Source: Deferribacterales bacterium (lineage in GTDB: Bacteria > Chrysiogenota > Deferribacteres > Deferribacterales > Geovibrionaceae). From it: a stretch of DNA of 64,000 nt. The position numbers and the translations under genes were made by a program. Positions 28,316 to 38,329 of the stretch are shown here, piece after piece. A model generated the notes under the pieces. It ran no database searches, had not been told where the DNA came from, and worked only from the letters and a program-made list of their open reading frames with translations. The stretch covers positions 68,112 to 132,111 of the forward strand of contig JBFWLW010000007.1 of the NCBI GenBank assembly GCA_050251945.1, given 5' to 3'. How positions within the stretch are numbered: position 1 is the first letter of the stretch; every line of letters begins with the position of its first letter.

Positions 28316-29523
28316 CACTGCTAATAATGGGCGTCTTCGTTTTTACGGCTGTCATCCTGCTTCTTGTCGGCGTTATCATAAACGCCAGAAGGATGCTTGT
28401 TGCCGCCGGAACGGTGACCATAAACATCAACCATAAAAAAGATTTTCAGGTAAACAGCGGCGGCAAGCTGCTGAATGCTCTGGCAGACAACGGAATATTC
28501 GTTTCATCCGCCTGTGGCGGCGGCGGCGCATGCGGTCAGTGCCGCGTGACCATCGTTGAGGGTGTCGGGGCTATTCTGCCCACGGAAAAGACCCATATAA
28601 ACCGCAGACAGGAGAAAGAGGGCGTAAGGCTTTCATGCCAGACCGCCGTTAAACAGAACATGACTATAGAGCTTCCGCCGGAAGTATTCGCGGCAAAGAG
28701 GCTCGATTGCGAGGTTATTTCAAACGACAACGTTGCGACGTTCATAAAAGAGTTCGTACTGAAAGTGCCTGAAAAGGTGGATTTCAGAGCGGGCGGTTAT
28801 ATTCAGGTGGTTGTTCCTCCTTATGAGGCTGATTTCGCTGATTTCGATATCGAGGAACAGTACAGGGGCGACTGGGACAAATACGGTTTCTTCAAGCTTC
28901 ATGCCGGAACAAGAGAGGAGATTCAGAGAGCCTACAGCATGGCGAGCTATCCCGCGGAAGAGGGACTTGTTAAGCTTAACGTGCGTATAGCCACTCCTCC
29001 TTTCGGTAAACAGGTACCCCCCGGCATCGGTTCTTCGTATGTATGGAGCAAAAAGCCGGGTGATAAAGTAACGATTGCAGGACCCTTTGGCGAGTTTTAC
29101 GGGCGCAACACAGGCAAAGAGATGGTGTTCCTCGGCGGCGGCGCGGGGATGGCTCCGCTCCGGTCGATCATTTTCGACCAGCTCTGCACACTGAATACCA
29201 CCCGCAGGATAAGCTACTGGTACGGCGGACGGAGCCTGCGTGAGCTTTTTTATACGGAAGATTTCAGGGAACTGGAACAGAAGTATCCGAACTTCACTTA
29301 TCACATAGCCCTGTCAGACCCTCAGCCGGAGGACAACTGGACGGGATATAAAGGATTCATACACACGGTGGCGCTTCAGAACTATCTGAAAGACCACGAG
29401 GCGCCGGAAGAAATAGAGTATTATCTCTGCGGACCTCCCGTTATGATATCTTCGGTTCTCTCCATGCTGGACAGCCTTGGCGTTGAACCGGAAAACATCT
29501 TCTTTGACGATTTCGGAAGCTGA
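28312..29523 (+). CDS. nqrF: Na+-NQR subunit F
   Basis: [41 protein letters not shown]. Confidence 0.97.
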   Translation: MTLLIMGVFVFTAVILLLVGVIINARRMLVAAGTVTININHKKDFQVNSGGKLLNALADNGIFVSSACGGGGACGQCRVTIVEGVGAILPTEKTHINRRQEKEGVRLSCQTAVKQNMTIELPPEVFAAKRLDCEVISNDNVATFIKEFVLKVPEKVDFRAGGYIQVVVPPYEADFADFDIEEQYRGDWDKYGFFKLHAGTREEIQRAYSMASYPAEEGLVKLNVRIATPPFGKQVPPGIGSSYVWSKKPGDKVTIAGPFGEFYGRNTGKEMVFLGGGAGMAPLRSIIFDQLCTLNTTRRISYWYGGRSLRELFYTEDFRELEQKYPNFTYHIALSDPQPEDNWTGYKGFIHTVALQNYLKDHEAPEEIEYYLCGPPVMISSVLSMLDSLGVEPENIFFDDFGS

Positions 29524-29524
29524 T

Positions 29525-29677
29525 ATGATGCAGTTTTTCGCAGTCTTCACCGGAGTTTTTATAGCGGTCGCATTTTTCGCACTGGTGCTTTTTTTAAGAC
29601 GAAACAAAAGCTCGTGCAAGTGCGGGCAGGGACATTGCCGGACAGGAGAGAAATGCGATACTCACGACAAACATTAA
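29525..29677 (+). CDS. NqrM-like small membrane protein with four Cys
   Basis: 50 aa, one TM helix, then SSCKCGQGHCRTGEKC; starts 1 nt after nqrF. Confidence 0.65.
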   Translation: MMQFFAVFTGVFIAVAFFALVLFLRRNKSSCKCGQGHCRTGEKCDTHDKH

Positions 29678-29770
29678 AGGGGGCGCCCGCTCCCTTTTTT
29701 CATACCTGAAAGCTTTGTAATTCACAATTCAGTTAATATCTTAACTTGCGCAACCGGCGTGTTGTAAGAT

Positions 29771-31624
29771 ATGATTAGGTATATGACGAAACATACAGAT
29801 TCACTGATTCTGCGGGTCACCGGAAGAGCACCGTTTGATAAAGTTTTATGGGCGTCAGAGGGCGTGCGCAGAATCATGTATTACAATCCGGCAGGAAAGG
29901 CGATTTCCGAGATATTCGGCGGATATGTTTTTGCCGAAAACGGTCTTAGCCGCAGAGGACAGCTTGTCCGCGTGGACAACAGCCACTATATCGTCACGTT
30001 CACGGATATAGGGCTTGAAAACTGTATGCTCGCCATGCTTTTCCCAGTTTCTGCACAGCCTGAAACTGCGGACGAGCCGTCTGAAAATTTTCTGGATGAA
30101 GAGGTGCGCAAAAAGACCATTGCGCTTAATCAGGCCGTCAGCGACCTTGAACTAAACAGAAAAAAACTCAGTCAGTCAAACCGTATAGCAGGTGCCGGAA
30201 ACTTTGAATATCTGAGCGATCAGCGCTGCCTTGTGCTTACACCGGAAGCTTGTCAGGTGCTGGGGTTCAACACCGAAAAGACCGTCATCAACATCGACGA
30301 GATATGCAGCCGCATTACGGATGAGAACTTCCACAAAATATGCGACACGCTGTCCGAGATATCGGAGCATACCACAATAGAATCCGAAATAACCATTCTG
30401 GACGATGCCGGAGCGGAAAGACACATAAAGGTTGTCATCCGTAAGCTTTCTCCGTCCGGATATGTGCTGGACGGCGTTTTCTACGACATAACATTCAGAA
30501 AGAACGCCGAAAAGGAACTGCGCAGACAGGAAACCTTTTACAGAACCCTTTATAACCGTGCGAACATCGGCATATTTACCATGGATATGGAAGGACGCAT
30601 CCTTGACTGCAACCAGTATTGCCTTACCCTGACGGGTTATACCCTTAACGATGTTAAAAATAGAAAATCGTCCGACATTTTTGTTGTGCCGGAGGACAGA
30701 GGAAAGGTTTCGTCTGTTTTTCATAACCTTGAGGAGACCATCAGCAGATGCAGTTCCATAGATTACCGCATACGCACCAAAGACGGGCATATAAAACACG
30801 TTCTCACCAGTTTTGAATTGCTTGTTACGGATGAGGAAACGAGGGTCTTCTGCTTCCTGAACGACATTTCCGGTCTGAAAGAGGCGCAGGAGAAGAATAT
30901 TGAGCAGGAGCGGATGCTTCTGCAGCAGTCCAAAATGGCGACTATGGGTGAAATGGTGGGTATCATAGCGCACCAGTGGGTGCAGCCGCTCAACGCCATA
31001 GCCATGATCTCCCAGATGCTTGAAGAACTGCTTGAACTCGATGCGGATTCGCAGAAGCTGGTGCATAAAACGGTGGTCAGCATAAACGAACAGATAGATT
31101 TTATGACGGCTACCATCAACGATTTCAGAAACTTTCTGAAACCTATGGGTGAGGCGTGCGAATTCAATGTTTTTAAAGCGGTCAGCGACGTTTTACAGCT
31201 TTACAGACCTCAGCTGAAATACTACAGCATCAGATGCGGTATTTATCCTGAGGGTGAGGAAGCAAAAAACATCATGGTGTTCGGCTATGAAAATGAGTTT
31301 AAGAACGTTATACTGAACCTGCTTACAAACGCGAGAGATGCTCTGGAAGCCAAGTGCGCGGAAGACGGCGAGATTGACATAACTGTCGGAAGACGCGGCA
31401 GCAGGGTTCTCATTGCGGTCACCGACAACGGCGGCGGCATAAGCTCGGAGATGCTGGGTAAGATATTCAGCGCGTATTCATCCACAAAGGGTGAGAAGGG
31501 GACAGGGCTTGGTCTTTATATGAGCAGACTTATCATATGCGAGAGGATGCACGGAAACATAAACGCCGAGAACACTGGTCTCGGCGCTAAGATAAGTATT
31601 TTTCTTGATATCTGTCAGGCGTAA
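29771..31624 (+). CDS. Cytoplasmic PAS sensor histidine kinase
   Basis: Two PAS domains, H-box IAHQWVQP, NARDA, DNGGGI, GTGLGL; start uncertain. Confidence 0.92.
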   Translation: MIRYMTKHTDSLILRVTGRAPFDKVLWASEGVRRIMYYNPAGKAISEIFGGYVFAENGLSRRGQLVRVDNSHYIVTFTDIGLENCMLAMLFPVSAQPETADEPSENFLDEEVRKKTIALNQAVSDLELNRKKLSQSNRIAGAGNFEYLSDQRCLVLTPEACQVLGFNTEKTVINIDEICSRITDENFHKICDTLSEISEHTTIESEITILDDAGAERHIKVVIRKLSPSGYVLDGVFYDITFRKNAEKELRRQETFYRTLYNRANIGIFTMDMEGRILDCNQYCLTLTGYTLNDVKNRKSSDIFVVPEDRGKVSSVFHNLEETISRCSSIDYRIRTKDGHIKHVLTSFELLVTDEETRVFCFLNDISGLKEAQEKNIEQERMLLQQSKMATMGEMVGIIAHQWVQPLNAIAMISQMLEELLELDADSQKLVHKTVVSINEQIDFMTATINDFRNFLKPMGEACEFNVFKAVSDVLQLYRPQLKYYSIRCGIYPEGEEAKNIMVFGYENEFKNVILNLLTNARDALEAKCAEDGEIDITVGRRGSRVLIAVTDNGGGISSEMLGKIFSAYSSTKGEKGTGLGLYMSRLIICERMHGNINAENTGLGAKISIFLDICQA

Positions 31625-32244
31625 GATCTTTCAACCTGCCTGTTGAGATGGTCAATGTAGCTGTCCATCTTTTCCATTGTTCTGTTGTAAGTGTCGTGTG
31701 TTATCTGCGGCGTGCTTTCACCGAAGAGACCGGCAACGGATTCATATCCTTTTGTAATCGCGTCTTCAGCTTCTTTCAGCTTTCCGGTGTCGTCACCGGA
31801 TAGCGCTTTTGCCAGCTCAAACAGCCTTTGCGATGTTTTTTCCACTCCGAAATAACCATCCTCGCCAAGAAGAGAATTTGCTGTGACGGAAGCATCGCTT
31901 GTTTCCGTATGCACGCTTATCTCAATGGATACGCTCATGATATGCACGTTCGCAAGAACTGTGTCTGCCTGCGCACGCAGCGTGTTCCTGCTGTGTCTGC
32001 CTATTTTGTCCATAATGCTTGAAACTGATTTTTTGACATATTCTTCGATACTTCCCGCCTCTCTGTCTGTGACATAGCTGTCGTTTCCGGTCTTGGCGTC
32101 AGAGTTGTCAACCGCTTTCACATCGACGCTTTTATAGTCAATGCGGATGTCCACGCTTCTGGTTTTTGTGCTTCCTTTGTCGCTTTTCGACTCGGAAGCG
32201 GTGTATTGAAGTTGAGCTGATTTTGAGTTATAGTTCACATACAT
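31615..32244 (-). CDS. Hypothetical protein with DUF5610-like C-terminal domain
   Basis: EDGYFGVEKTSQRLFELAKALSGDD; ATG 32244 has a GGAG RBS and lies downstream of a sigma28-like promoter (track start 32286). Confidence 0.75.
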   Translation of the reverse strand: MYVNYNSKSAQLQYTASESKSDKGSTKTRSVDIRIDYKSVDVKAVDNSDAKTGNDSYVTDREAGSIEEYVKKSVSSIMDKIGRHSRNTLRAQADTVLANVHIMSVSIEISVHTETSDASVTANSLLGEDGYFGVEKTSQRLFELAKALSGDDTGKLKEAEDAITKGYESVAGLFGESTPQITHDTYNRTMEKMDSYIDHLNRQVERSYA

Positions 32245-32276
32245 GGCTGGCTCCGGTAATTTCGATTCTTTGATGC

Positions 32277-32303
32277 TAATCGTCATGACGTATGTTTACT
32301 TAA
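32277..32303 (-). promoter_or_regulatory. Sigma28 (FliA)-like promoter
   Basis: TTAA-N15-GACGATTA on the minus strand. Confidence 0.6.
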
Positions 32304-32335
32304 CATAATTATGTATTTTGTATGGAGGCGATCGT

Positions 32336-32551
32336 ATGTTTAAAAAAGTGAATTATTCAATACTTATTGTGCTGACAATCGTTATGGGGCTTGCTCCGTT
32401 CACTCCGGAACCGCATATTGTGGAAAAGCTGAGGATGCTTTCAGAGGGGACGCTCAATCGCCCCATAGATATTTTCGACCTGTTTTTTCATCTTGCGCCT
32501 TTGGCGGCGCTGATACTGAAATACGTTACATCAAAAACTGTACGCTCATAG
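32336..32551 (+). CDS. Small conserved two-TM membrane protein
   Basis: GLAPFTPEPHIVEKL..PIDIFDLFFH; GGAGG RBS. Confidence 0.8.
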   Translation: MFKKVNYSILIVLTIVMGLAPFTPEPHIVEKLRMLSEGTLNRPIDIFDLFFHLAPLAALILKYVTSKTVRS

Positions 32552-35287
32552 GATGTTTTCGGGTTTTGCCATAGGTTCCGGTTCCGGTTTGCCAAACCAG
32601 TAGCCCTGCGCAAAGTCCACGCCCAGTTCTTTCGCTTTTATCGCAGTCGCCTCGTCGGCGATGAATTCCGCAATTGTCTGCATTTTCATCTTTTTCGCGT
32701 AACTTGTGATGGAGCGCACGATGTCTGATGCCCGTTCGTCTTTAGATATCAGCCGTATGATGCTCGCGTCTATCTTAACATAATCCGCCTGAACCTTAAG
32801 CAGATAGTCGAAGTTTGAATATCCTGAACCGAAGTCGTCGATGGCTATCTTCGTCCCGTTATGCTTAAACCTGCTGATGATATTCAATATGTTCTCGTCA
32901 CCTGTAAGCCGCTCTGTTTCAACTATCTCTATCACCATTCTGTTCATTACTCCGGCATCGCTGGCATATCTGAATATCCCGTTCATAGTATCTTCGTTGA
33001 GCAGATCCTCTACGGAGAGATTGACGGAGAACTCTGCATTGACTTTTCTGAACATGTCTATGGATTTTCTCACCACAGCCAGCGTCAGCTTGGGGTAAAG
33101 CCTTGTCTGCTTACTGATATCAAGAAACTGCGAGGGCGGAATGACTTCGCCGTTTTCTCCTATGATGCGGATGAGACATTCATATTTCCATATCTCCTTC
33201 GCACCGAAAGAATATATAGGCTGGAAGAAGGGGACTATTCTGTCCTTGTCTACGGCGTCGTTAAGCATCTTAAGGATTTTTATGTTCTGCTCATAGGTTG
33301 CGAAATTATCTGTGAGGTTAGGGTCGAACACCTGAAAGGCTTTATTTTCAAATTTCGCCTGCTGAACGGCTATATCCGCTTCCGCCATAATATCGGAACG
33401 GGTGCTGTCTGCGAAGCCGATACAGCAGCTTAATATCATTTCCTTGTCGGATATCACAAAGTATTCTTTTGTGATATTTGCGGCGGCATTTTTGACTATT
33501 TCCATAAAGGACATAATATCCATGTATGGGGCGAGTATGGCGAAGACGTCGGAGTGGAGGCGGTAAAGTTCAAACGTTTTCAGATGTACGTCTTTTGTCA
33601 GCCTGTCTGCGAACATTGAAAGCAGTCCGTCGCCCAGTTTCATTCCGTAAAGTTCGTTTATCTCATGGAACCGGTCTATGTCCATAATCGCGAGGCACGG
33701 TTTTTTAGAGGTTTCGATGTCCTGCTGAAGCTTATATCTGTTACCTAGTCCGGTCAGTTTGTCCGTATTGAAAACAACCTGCATCCGCTCCCTGTTCTCT
33801 ATCACCTCGGTGACATCCTGACTGCATGACGTATATGCCACTATCTTTTCATTCTCGTCCTTAATAGGGATTATAACTACGTTGTGATAGTAATGGCTGC
33901 CGTCGGGGCGCAGGTTTTTTATTATCCCTTTGAATATTTTCCCGCGGGCTATGGTTTTCCAGAGTTCCGCGAAATATTCCGAAGGTGTGTCGGGATGCCT
34001 GAGGATATTGTGCTTATGTCCCGTGAGCTGTTCTCTGGTGTATCCGCTGATTGTGCAGAACTGATCGTTTACGTAGGTTATCACTCCGGAAGGGTCTGTC
34101 ATGCTGACGATGGAGCTTTCGTCCATGATGAATTTATACTGTTTAAGGTCGTTAAGTATCTTTGTTTGTTTGTCCTCAACCTCGCGCATCCTTCTGAAAA
34201 CAAATATTGAAGCCGCGAGAGAGAACAGCAGAAGAACGGCTATCAGAGCTATATTTGAATAGAGTTCTTTTTTGGACGTTCCAAGTATTGCCTGCTTTTC
34301 TGATGCTATTGTTTCATTAAGAGATTCATAATAGAATCCTGTTCCCACGACCCATTCCCATTCAGGAACGTAGCCTATGTATGAGGTTTTTTCTGTGAAT
34401 TCATTTTTGTTTGGCAGTCTCCACCGGTATGAAAAATATCCTTCCCCCTGGTTTTTTGCCATGTCGATAGCTTCCAGAAATATCTTTTTGCCATCGCCGG
34501 ATGTGACGGTTCTGATATCTGCACTGCTGATCTTTTTGTCAGGATAAAAGATGGTTTTATTGTCAGTGGAAACAATCCAGAAATATCCGGTGTCCTCCAC
34601 CCCGAAACGGTCTTTTCTGATGCTTGTCAGGATATTCTCTTTTGCAAGGTCTGTGATCTCGTCCAGATAGATTCCGGCAGCAATCATTATCTTTGTGTCG
34701 GGATTATATTTTGCGTATGCTATTTTTGTATATTTTTTCCCGGGTTCGTTCGGTTTTTCAAATTCATATTCGCCGTATGCGCTGCCTTCATCATAAGCTT
34801 TTTTGATAAACTGGCTGAACGGCGTGTTGCTGACAAGTGTGACGGCGTTCATTCCTTCATATTTTTTATTCCCGCCGTGGCTGATGATTACGCCTTTCTC
34901 ATCAAGGGCATAGTAATAGCCGGTTTTAAATTCCCATTTGAACGAATGAATGAGAGAATTGAGTGCAGTTCTTATATCATTTTCGGAGCTTCCGCCCGCT
35001 TTGAGTATTTTTATATATTCGTCAGCGGAATCGACCCTGTCGCTGACAGCGGTTTTTGCATCGCCGTAAACCTCTGATTCTTCCTGTTTTATCCTGCTTA
35101 TTAAACGAAGAACTTCGTTGCGTATCAATTCTTTCTGACGTGTTTCATAGTTTTTTTTAAGTTCTGCAACGGATCTTATGATGTGTTTTTCAGACAAAGA
35201 GGTAAGGTTATATATGAGAGTGAACGAGAACATGACCGCAACTGAAATAGCGGTAATCAATGTTACTGTTGAAAGCCTGATTTTCAT
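32546..35287 (-). CDS. Cache-Cache-PAS-degenerate GGDEF-EAL c-di-GMP phosphodiesterase
   Basis: Two Cache domains between TM helices, PAS, HSDVF in place of GGDEF, ECLIR and DDFGSGYS. Confidence 0.93.
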   Translation of the reverse strand: MKIRLSTVTLITAISVAVMFSFTLIYNLTSLSEKHIIRSVAELKKNYETRQKELIRNEVLRLISRIKQEESEVYGDAKTAVSDRVDSADEYIKILKAGGSSENDIRTALNSLIHSFKWEFKTGYYYALDEKGVIISHGGNKKYEGMNAVTLVSNTPFSQFIKKAYDEGSAYGEYEFEKPNEPGKKYTKIAYAKYNPDTKIMIAAGIYLDEITDLAKENILTSIRKDRFGVEDTGYFWIVSTDNKTIFYPDKKISSADIRTVTSGDGKKIFLEAIDMAKNQGEGYFSYRWRLPNKNEFTEKTSYIGYVPEWEWVVGTGFYYESLNETIASEKQAILGTSKKELYSNIALIAVLLLFSLAASIFVFRRMREVEDKQTKILNDLKQYKFIMDESSIVSMTDPSGVITYVNDQFCTISGYTREQLTGHKHNILRHPDTPSEYFAELWKTIARGKIFKGIIKNLRPDGSHYYHNVVIIPIKDENEKIVAYTSCSQDVTEVIENRERMQVVFNTDKLTGLGNRYKLQQDIETSKKPCLAIMDIDRFHEINELYGMKLGDGLLSMFADRLTKDVHLKTFELYRLHSDVFAILAPYMDIMSFMEIVKNAAANITKEYFVISDKEMILSCCIGFADSTRSDIMAEADIAVQQAKFENKAFQVFDPNLTDNFATYEQNIKILKMLNDAVDKDRIVPFFQPIYSFGAKEIWKYECLIRIIGENGEVIPPSQFLDISKQTRLYPKLTLAVVRKSIDMFRKVNAEFSVNLSVEDLLNEDTMNGIFRYASDAGVMNRMVIEIVETERLTGDENILNIISRFKHNGTKIAIDDFGSGYSNFDYLLKVQADYVKIDASIIRLISKDERASDIVRSITSYAKKMKMQTIAEFIADEATAIKAKELGVDFAQGYWFGKPEPEPMAKPENIL

Positions 35288-35398
35288 TTCTCACCATTAA
35301 TATCCGAGATTATCATATAATAATGTAAACTTCAATAATTCCAATCGTCGTTTAAATGTGGTAGATTAAAGCATATCTGGATTTCTATGGAACGGCAC

Positions 35399-37222
35399 AT
35401 GAAAAACAAACTTGATCTGTTGCAGAAAATCAAAATAGCTGCCGCTTATACAGACATTAATCTCAATATTATTGAGAAAAATCAGCTTTTTGACGAATAT
35501 TTTCCCGGTGCGGATATTTTATTGCCGGCTCCCTTTTTCATTGGAAACATTCCCGACTTCAGGTCGGTTGTTACGGGGAACGGCGCATTGGAAGTTCACT
35601 CATCCATGATGGTGAACGGTCGCAAGCAGGTGTTCTCTCTTAAATTCATGCATGATTCCGGCGACGTCTACTTCTTTTGTGCGCAAAACCTGACAAAAGA
35701 AGGACGGTCACAGATAGACTTTTACGGTTCAGACCAGCCCTTCATTCCTCAGTATCTGTCAAAATCTGCTCCCATGCTGCTTATTGATGCCGGAAAGAAC
35801 GGCAGGATACTTGACGCCAACGAAGCGGCATGCAGTTTTTACGGTTATACCAAGGCGGAGATAGAATCGCTGACGATCGACCAGATAAATATGCTTTCGC
35901 CCGAGGCTATCAAAAAAGAGATGGCTCAGGCGGCGCTTTATAAAAGAAATTACTTCAATTTTAAACACAGAATGAAGAACGGCTCCATAAAGGATGTTGA
36001 GGTGTATTCAAGCCCCGTGCCGGCAAAAAACAAGACACTGCTCTTTTCCATTGTTGCGGATGCTTCTGAAAAAAGGATGTACGAACTGCTTCTTTCGGAT
36101 CTGAACGAGCGTATAAATGAACGGGTTGAGGCGGAGAAGATGGCGTGCGTCGTTACAACCTCAAAATACCAGAATCTTTTCGAGATGAGTCAGGATGCTG
36201 TGCTTATCATGGAGATAGGCGAAAACGGAAAGATGAGCTTTGCCGATGTAAATAAGTCGGCATGCACCCTTTTCGGATACAGTAAGGAAGAACTGCTTCT
36301 TAAGCGTTCCGCAGACCTCATAAAAGACAAAGAGGAATACGAGACATACCTTTTAAGATTAAGAGTGGCTCTGGACAGTGTGGGGGTTTATGAAGGGAGA
36401 CTTCGTATAATTCGCGCGGACGGAAAAGTGCGGACAGTGGAAACCACAGTCCGGCAGACGTATCTCACGAACAAACCGATAGTGATAGCGGTCGTGCGCG
36501 ACATAACGGAGAAGCTTAGACGCGAAAAAGAGCTGATGGAAAAAGATATGGTGGTCATCCAGCAGAAAAGGATGGTGGAAATGGGCGGACTGCTCTCAGC
36601 CGCCGTGCATCAGATGAAACAGCCGCTCAGTACAATTTCGCTGGTCGCACAGGTTATGAAGGATGAGCCGGACAACCTTGAGGAGAACAGCGATATACTT
36701 AAAGCTCAGGTGCAATATCTGAACGAAACGCTGACAGAGTTCCGAAATTATTTCCGACCGTCAGCAGAAAAATCCTCGTTCAGTGTTCTTTCAATTGCAA
36801 ACGATGTGGTTAACATCGCAAAACCACTGCTGATAGCCAGCGGGATAACTGTTTCCGTCAGCGGCGACGAATCTGTGAAAAGCTTCGGCGTATCGGGTGA
36901 TTTCAAACAGATAACCATGAACATCATCATGAACTCCATGGATGTGATAAGAGACCGCGGGATACAGAAAGGGCGTATAGACATAGACGTACACAACGGC
37001 GGAAGCCACGCTATCATTGTCTTTGCTGACAACGGCGGTGGAATTGACGAATCGCTCCTTCCGGAAGAGATATTCAAACCGTTCTTTTCGACCAAAGGCG
37101 ACAAGGGCACAGGTATCGGGCTTTCCATCGTAAGAGGCATGGCGGAAAAACTCGGCGGTTATGTTAAAGCGGAGAACAGCCCCGCAGGCGCAATTTTTAC
37201 TGTTGCCGTGAACATTGTCTGA
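35399..37222 (+). CDS. Cytoplasmic PAS sensor histidine kinase
   Basis: Two PAS domains, HQMKQP, DNGGGI, PFFSTK, GTGIGL; start 35387 or 35399. Confidence 0.92.
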   Translation: MKNKLDLLQKIKIAAAYTDINLNIIEKNQLFDEYFPGADILLPAPFFIGNIPDFRSVVTGNGALEVHSSMMVNGRKQVFSLKFMHDSGDVYFFCAQNLTKEGRSQIDFYGSDQPFIPQYLSKSAPMLLIDAGKNGRILDANEAACSFYGYTKAEIESLTIDQINMLSPEAIKKEMAQAALYKRNYFNFKHRMKNGSIKDVEVYSSPVPAKNKTLLFSIVADASEKRMYELLLSDLNERINERVEAEKMACVVTTSKYQNLFEMSQDAVLIMEIGENGKMSFADVNKSACTLFGYSKEELLLKRSADLIKDKEEYETYLLRLRVALDSVGVYEGRLRIIRADGKVRTVETTVRQTYLTNKPIVIAVVRDITEKLRREKELMEKDMVVIQQKRMVEMGGLLSAAVHQMKQPLSTISLVAQVMKDEPDNLEENSDILKAQVQYLNETLTEFRNYFRPSAEKSSFSVLSIANDVVNIAKPLLIASGITVSVSGDESVKSFGVSGDFKQITMNIIMNSMDVIRDRGIQKGRIDIDVHNGGSHAIIVFADNGGGIDESLLPEEIFKPFFSTKGDKGTGIGLSIVRGMAEKLGGYVKAENSPAGAIFTVAVNIV

Positions 37223-37244
37223 TATAATTGAATGATGAGTGAAT

Positions 37245-37312
37245 TGAGAATCATTATTGGATAAAAATTATCAAAAGAATATTATTGCAATATAGAACAA
37301 CTATGCTATAAT
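37245..37312 (+). promoter_or_regulatory. Fur/PerR-like boxes and promoter of rubrerythrin
   Basis: TGAGAAT-C-ATTATTG and GGATAAA-A-ATTATCA 7-1-7 boxes; TTGCAA-16-TATAAT with extended TG. Confidence 0.6.
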
Positions 37313-37340
37313 GCAAAAAATAAAACAAAGGAGGACAGAA

Positions 37341-37937
37341 ATGTCAAAATCATTGAAAGGCACCGAAACACTTCAAAACCTTATGAAAGCTTTTGCTGGC
37401 GAGTCACAGGCACGCAACAGATACAGCTTCTACGCTGCTCAGGCACGCAAAGACGGTTACCGTCAGATAGAGAACATCTTTCTTGAAACTGCCGATAACG
37501 AAAGAATACACGCAAAACGCTTCTTTGACTATGCAAACGATCTTCTCGGCGACCAGATACCCCTTATGGTCAATATCAACGCCGACTATCCCGTTGCTTT
37601 TGCAAAAACTCTCGATAACCTGAAATTCGCTGCCGACGGCGAACATGAAGAGTGGGAACTTCTTTACCCCGCATTCGCTAAAGTTGCTAAAGAAGAAGGA
37701 TTCCCGCAGGTTGAATCTCTTTTCACAAAGATTGCCGCTATTGAAGCTCACCACGAAGCCAGATATCGTCAGCTTGCGAAAAACATTGAAGACGGTCTTG
37801 TTTTCAAAAAAGGTGCGACAGTCGCATGGAAATGCCTTGTTTGCGGACACATCCACGAGGGTATCGAAGCTCCCGCTGTATGCCCCGCCTGCGCACATAA
37901 ACAAGAACATTTTGAAATGCTTATACTTAACTACTAA
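37341..37937 (+). CDS. rbr: Rubrerythrin
   Basis: AFAGESQARNRY, NERIH, EAHH, rubredoxin domain WKCLVCG..CPAC; AGGAGG RBS. Confidence 0.96.
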   Translation: MSKSLKGTETLQNLMKAFAGESQARNRYSFYAAQARKDGYRQIENIFLETADNERIHAKRFFDYANDLLGDQIPLMVNINADYPVAFAKTLDNLKFAADGEHEEWELLYPAFAKVAKEEGFPQVESLFTKIAAIEAHHEARYRQLAKNIEDGLVFKKGATVAWKCLVCGHIHEGIEAPAVCPACAHKQEHFEMLILNY

Positions 37938-37947
37938 GACATTTTAC

Positions 37948-37969
37948 GGGCGGGCAGGAATGTCCGCCC
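37948..37969. terminator. Hairpin between convergent rbr and desulforedoxin genes
   Basis: GGGCGGGCA-ggaa-TGTCCGCCC. Confidence 0.7.
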
Positions 37970-37972
37970 TTG

Positions 37973-38089
37973 TTACATCTTTGTCATTTTTACCATGCAG
38001 CACATCAGAGCGCCGCTTCCGCCGTTTTCAACCTTAACTACCGCGTTGCAGACCTTGCAAACGTATGTTTCACCCTTTTTTGTCGCCAT
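37973..38089 (-). CDS. Desulforedoxin-like FeCys4 mini-protein (38 aa, not in ORF track)
   Basis: Hand translation MATKKGETYVCKVCNAVVKVENGGSGALMCCMVKMTKM*; CxxC...CC; GAGGTG RBS. Confidence 0.9.
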   Translation of the reverse strand: MATKKGETYVCKVCNAVVKVENGGSGALMCCMVKMTKM

Positions 38090-38329
38090 TTTACACCTCA
38101 TGCCTAACAGCGTCTTGTTTTACAGTTGTTCCAACAAGAATATATTCCTGATTTATCTTCCGGTCAATATCAGTTGAAAATGTCATTGGTGCATTTGGCA
38201 TTTGCGCGGATAACAGACGCTTAGATTATTTTCATACAGATCATTTCAGTGGATTGAATTTTTCTGAAATTTTTGCAATAAAGGAACACAACACATTTTC
38301 TTATTATTATTTTTTCAAAGGAGAACACT

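Noticed and set aside
37995..38177. 60-aa plus-strand ORF
   Set aside because: Antisense to the better-supported desulforedoxin gene
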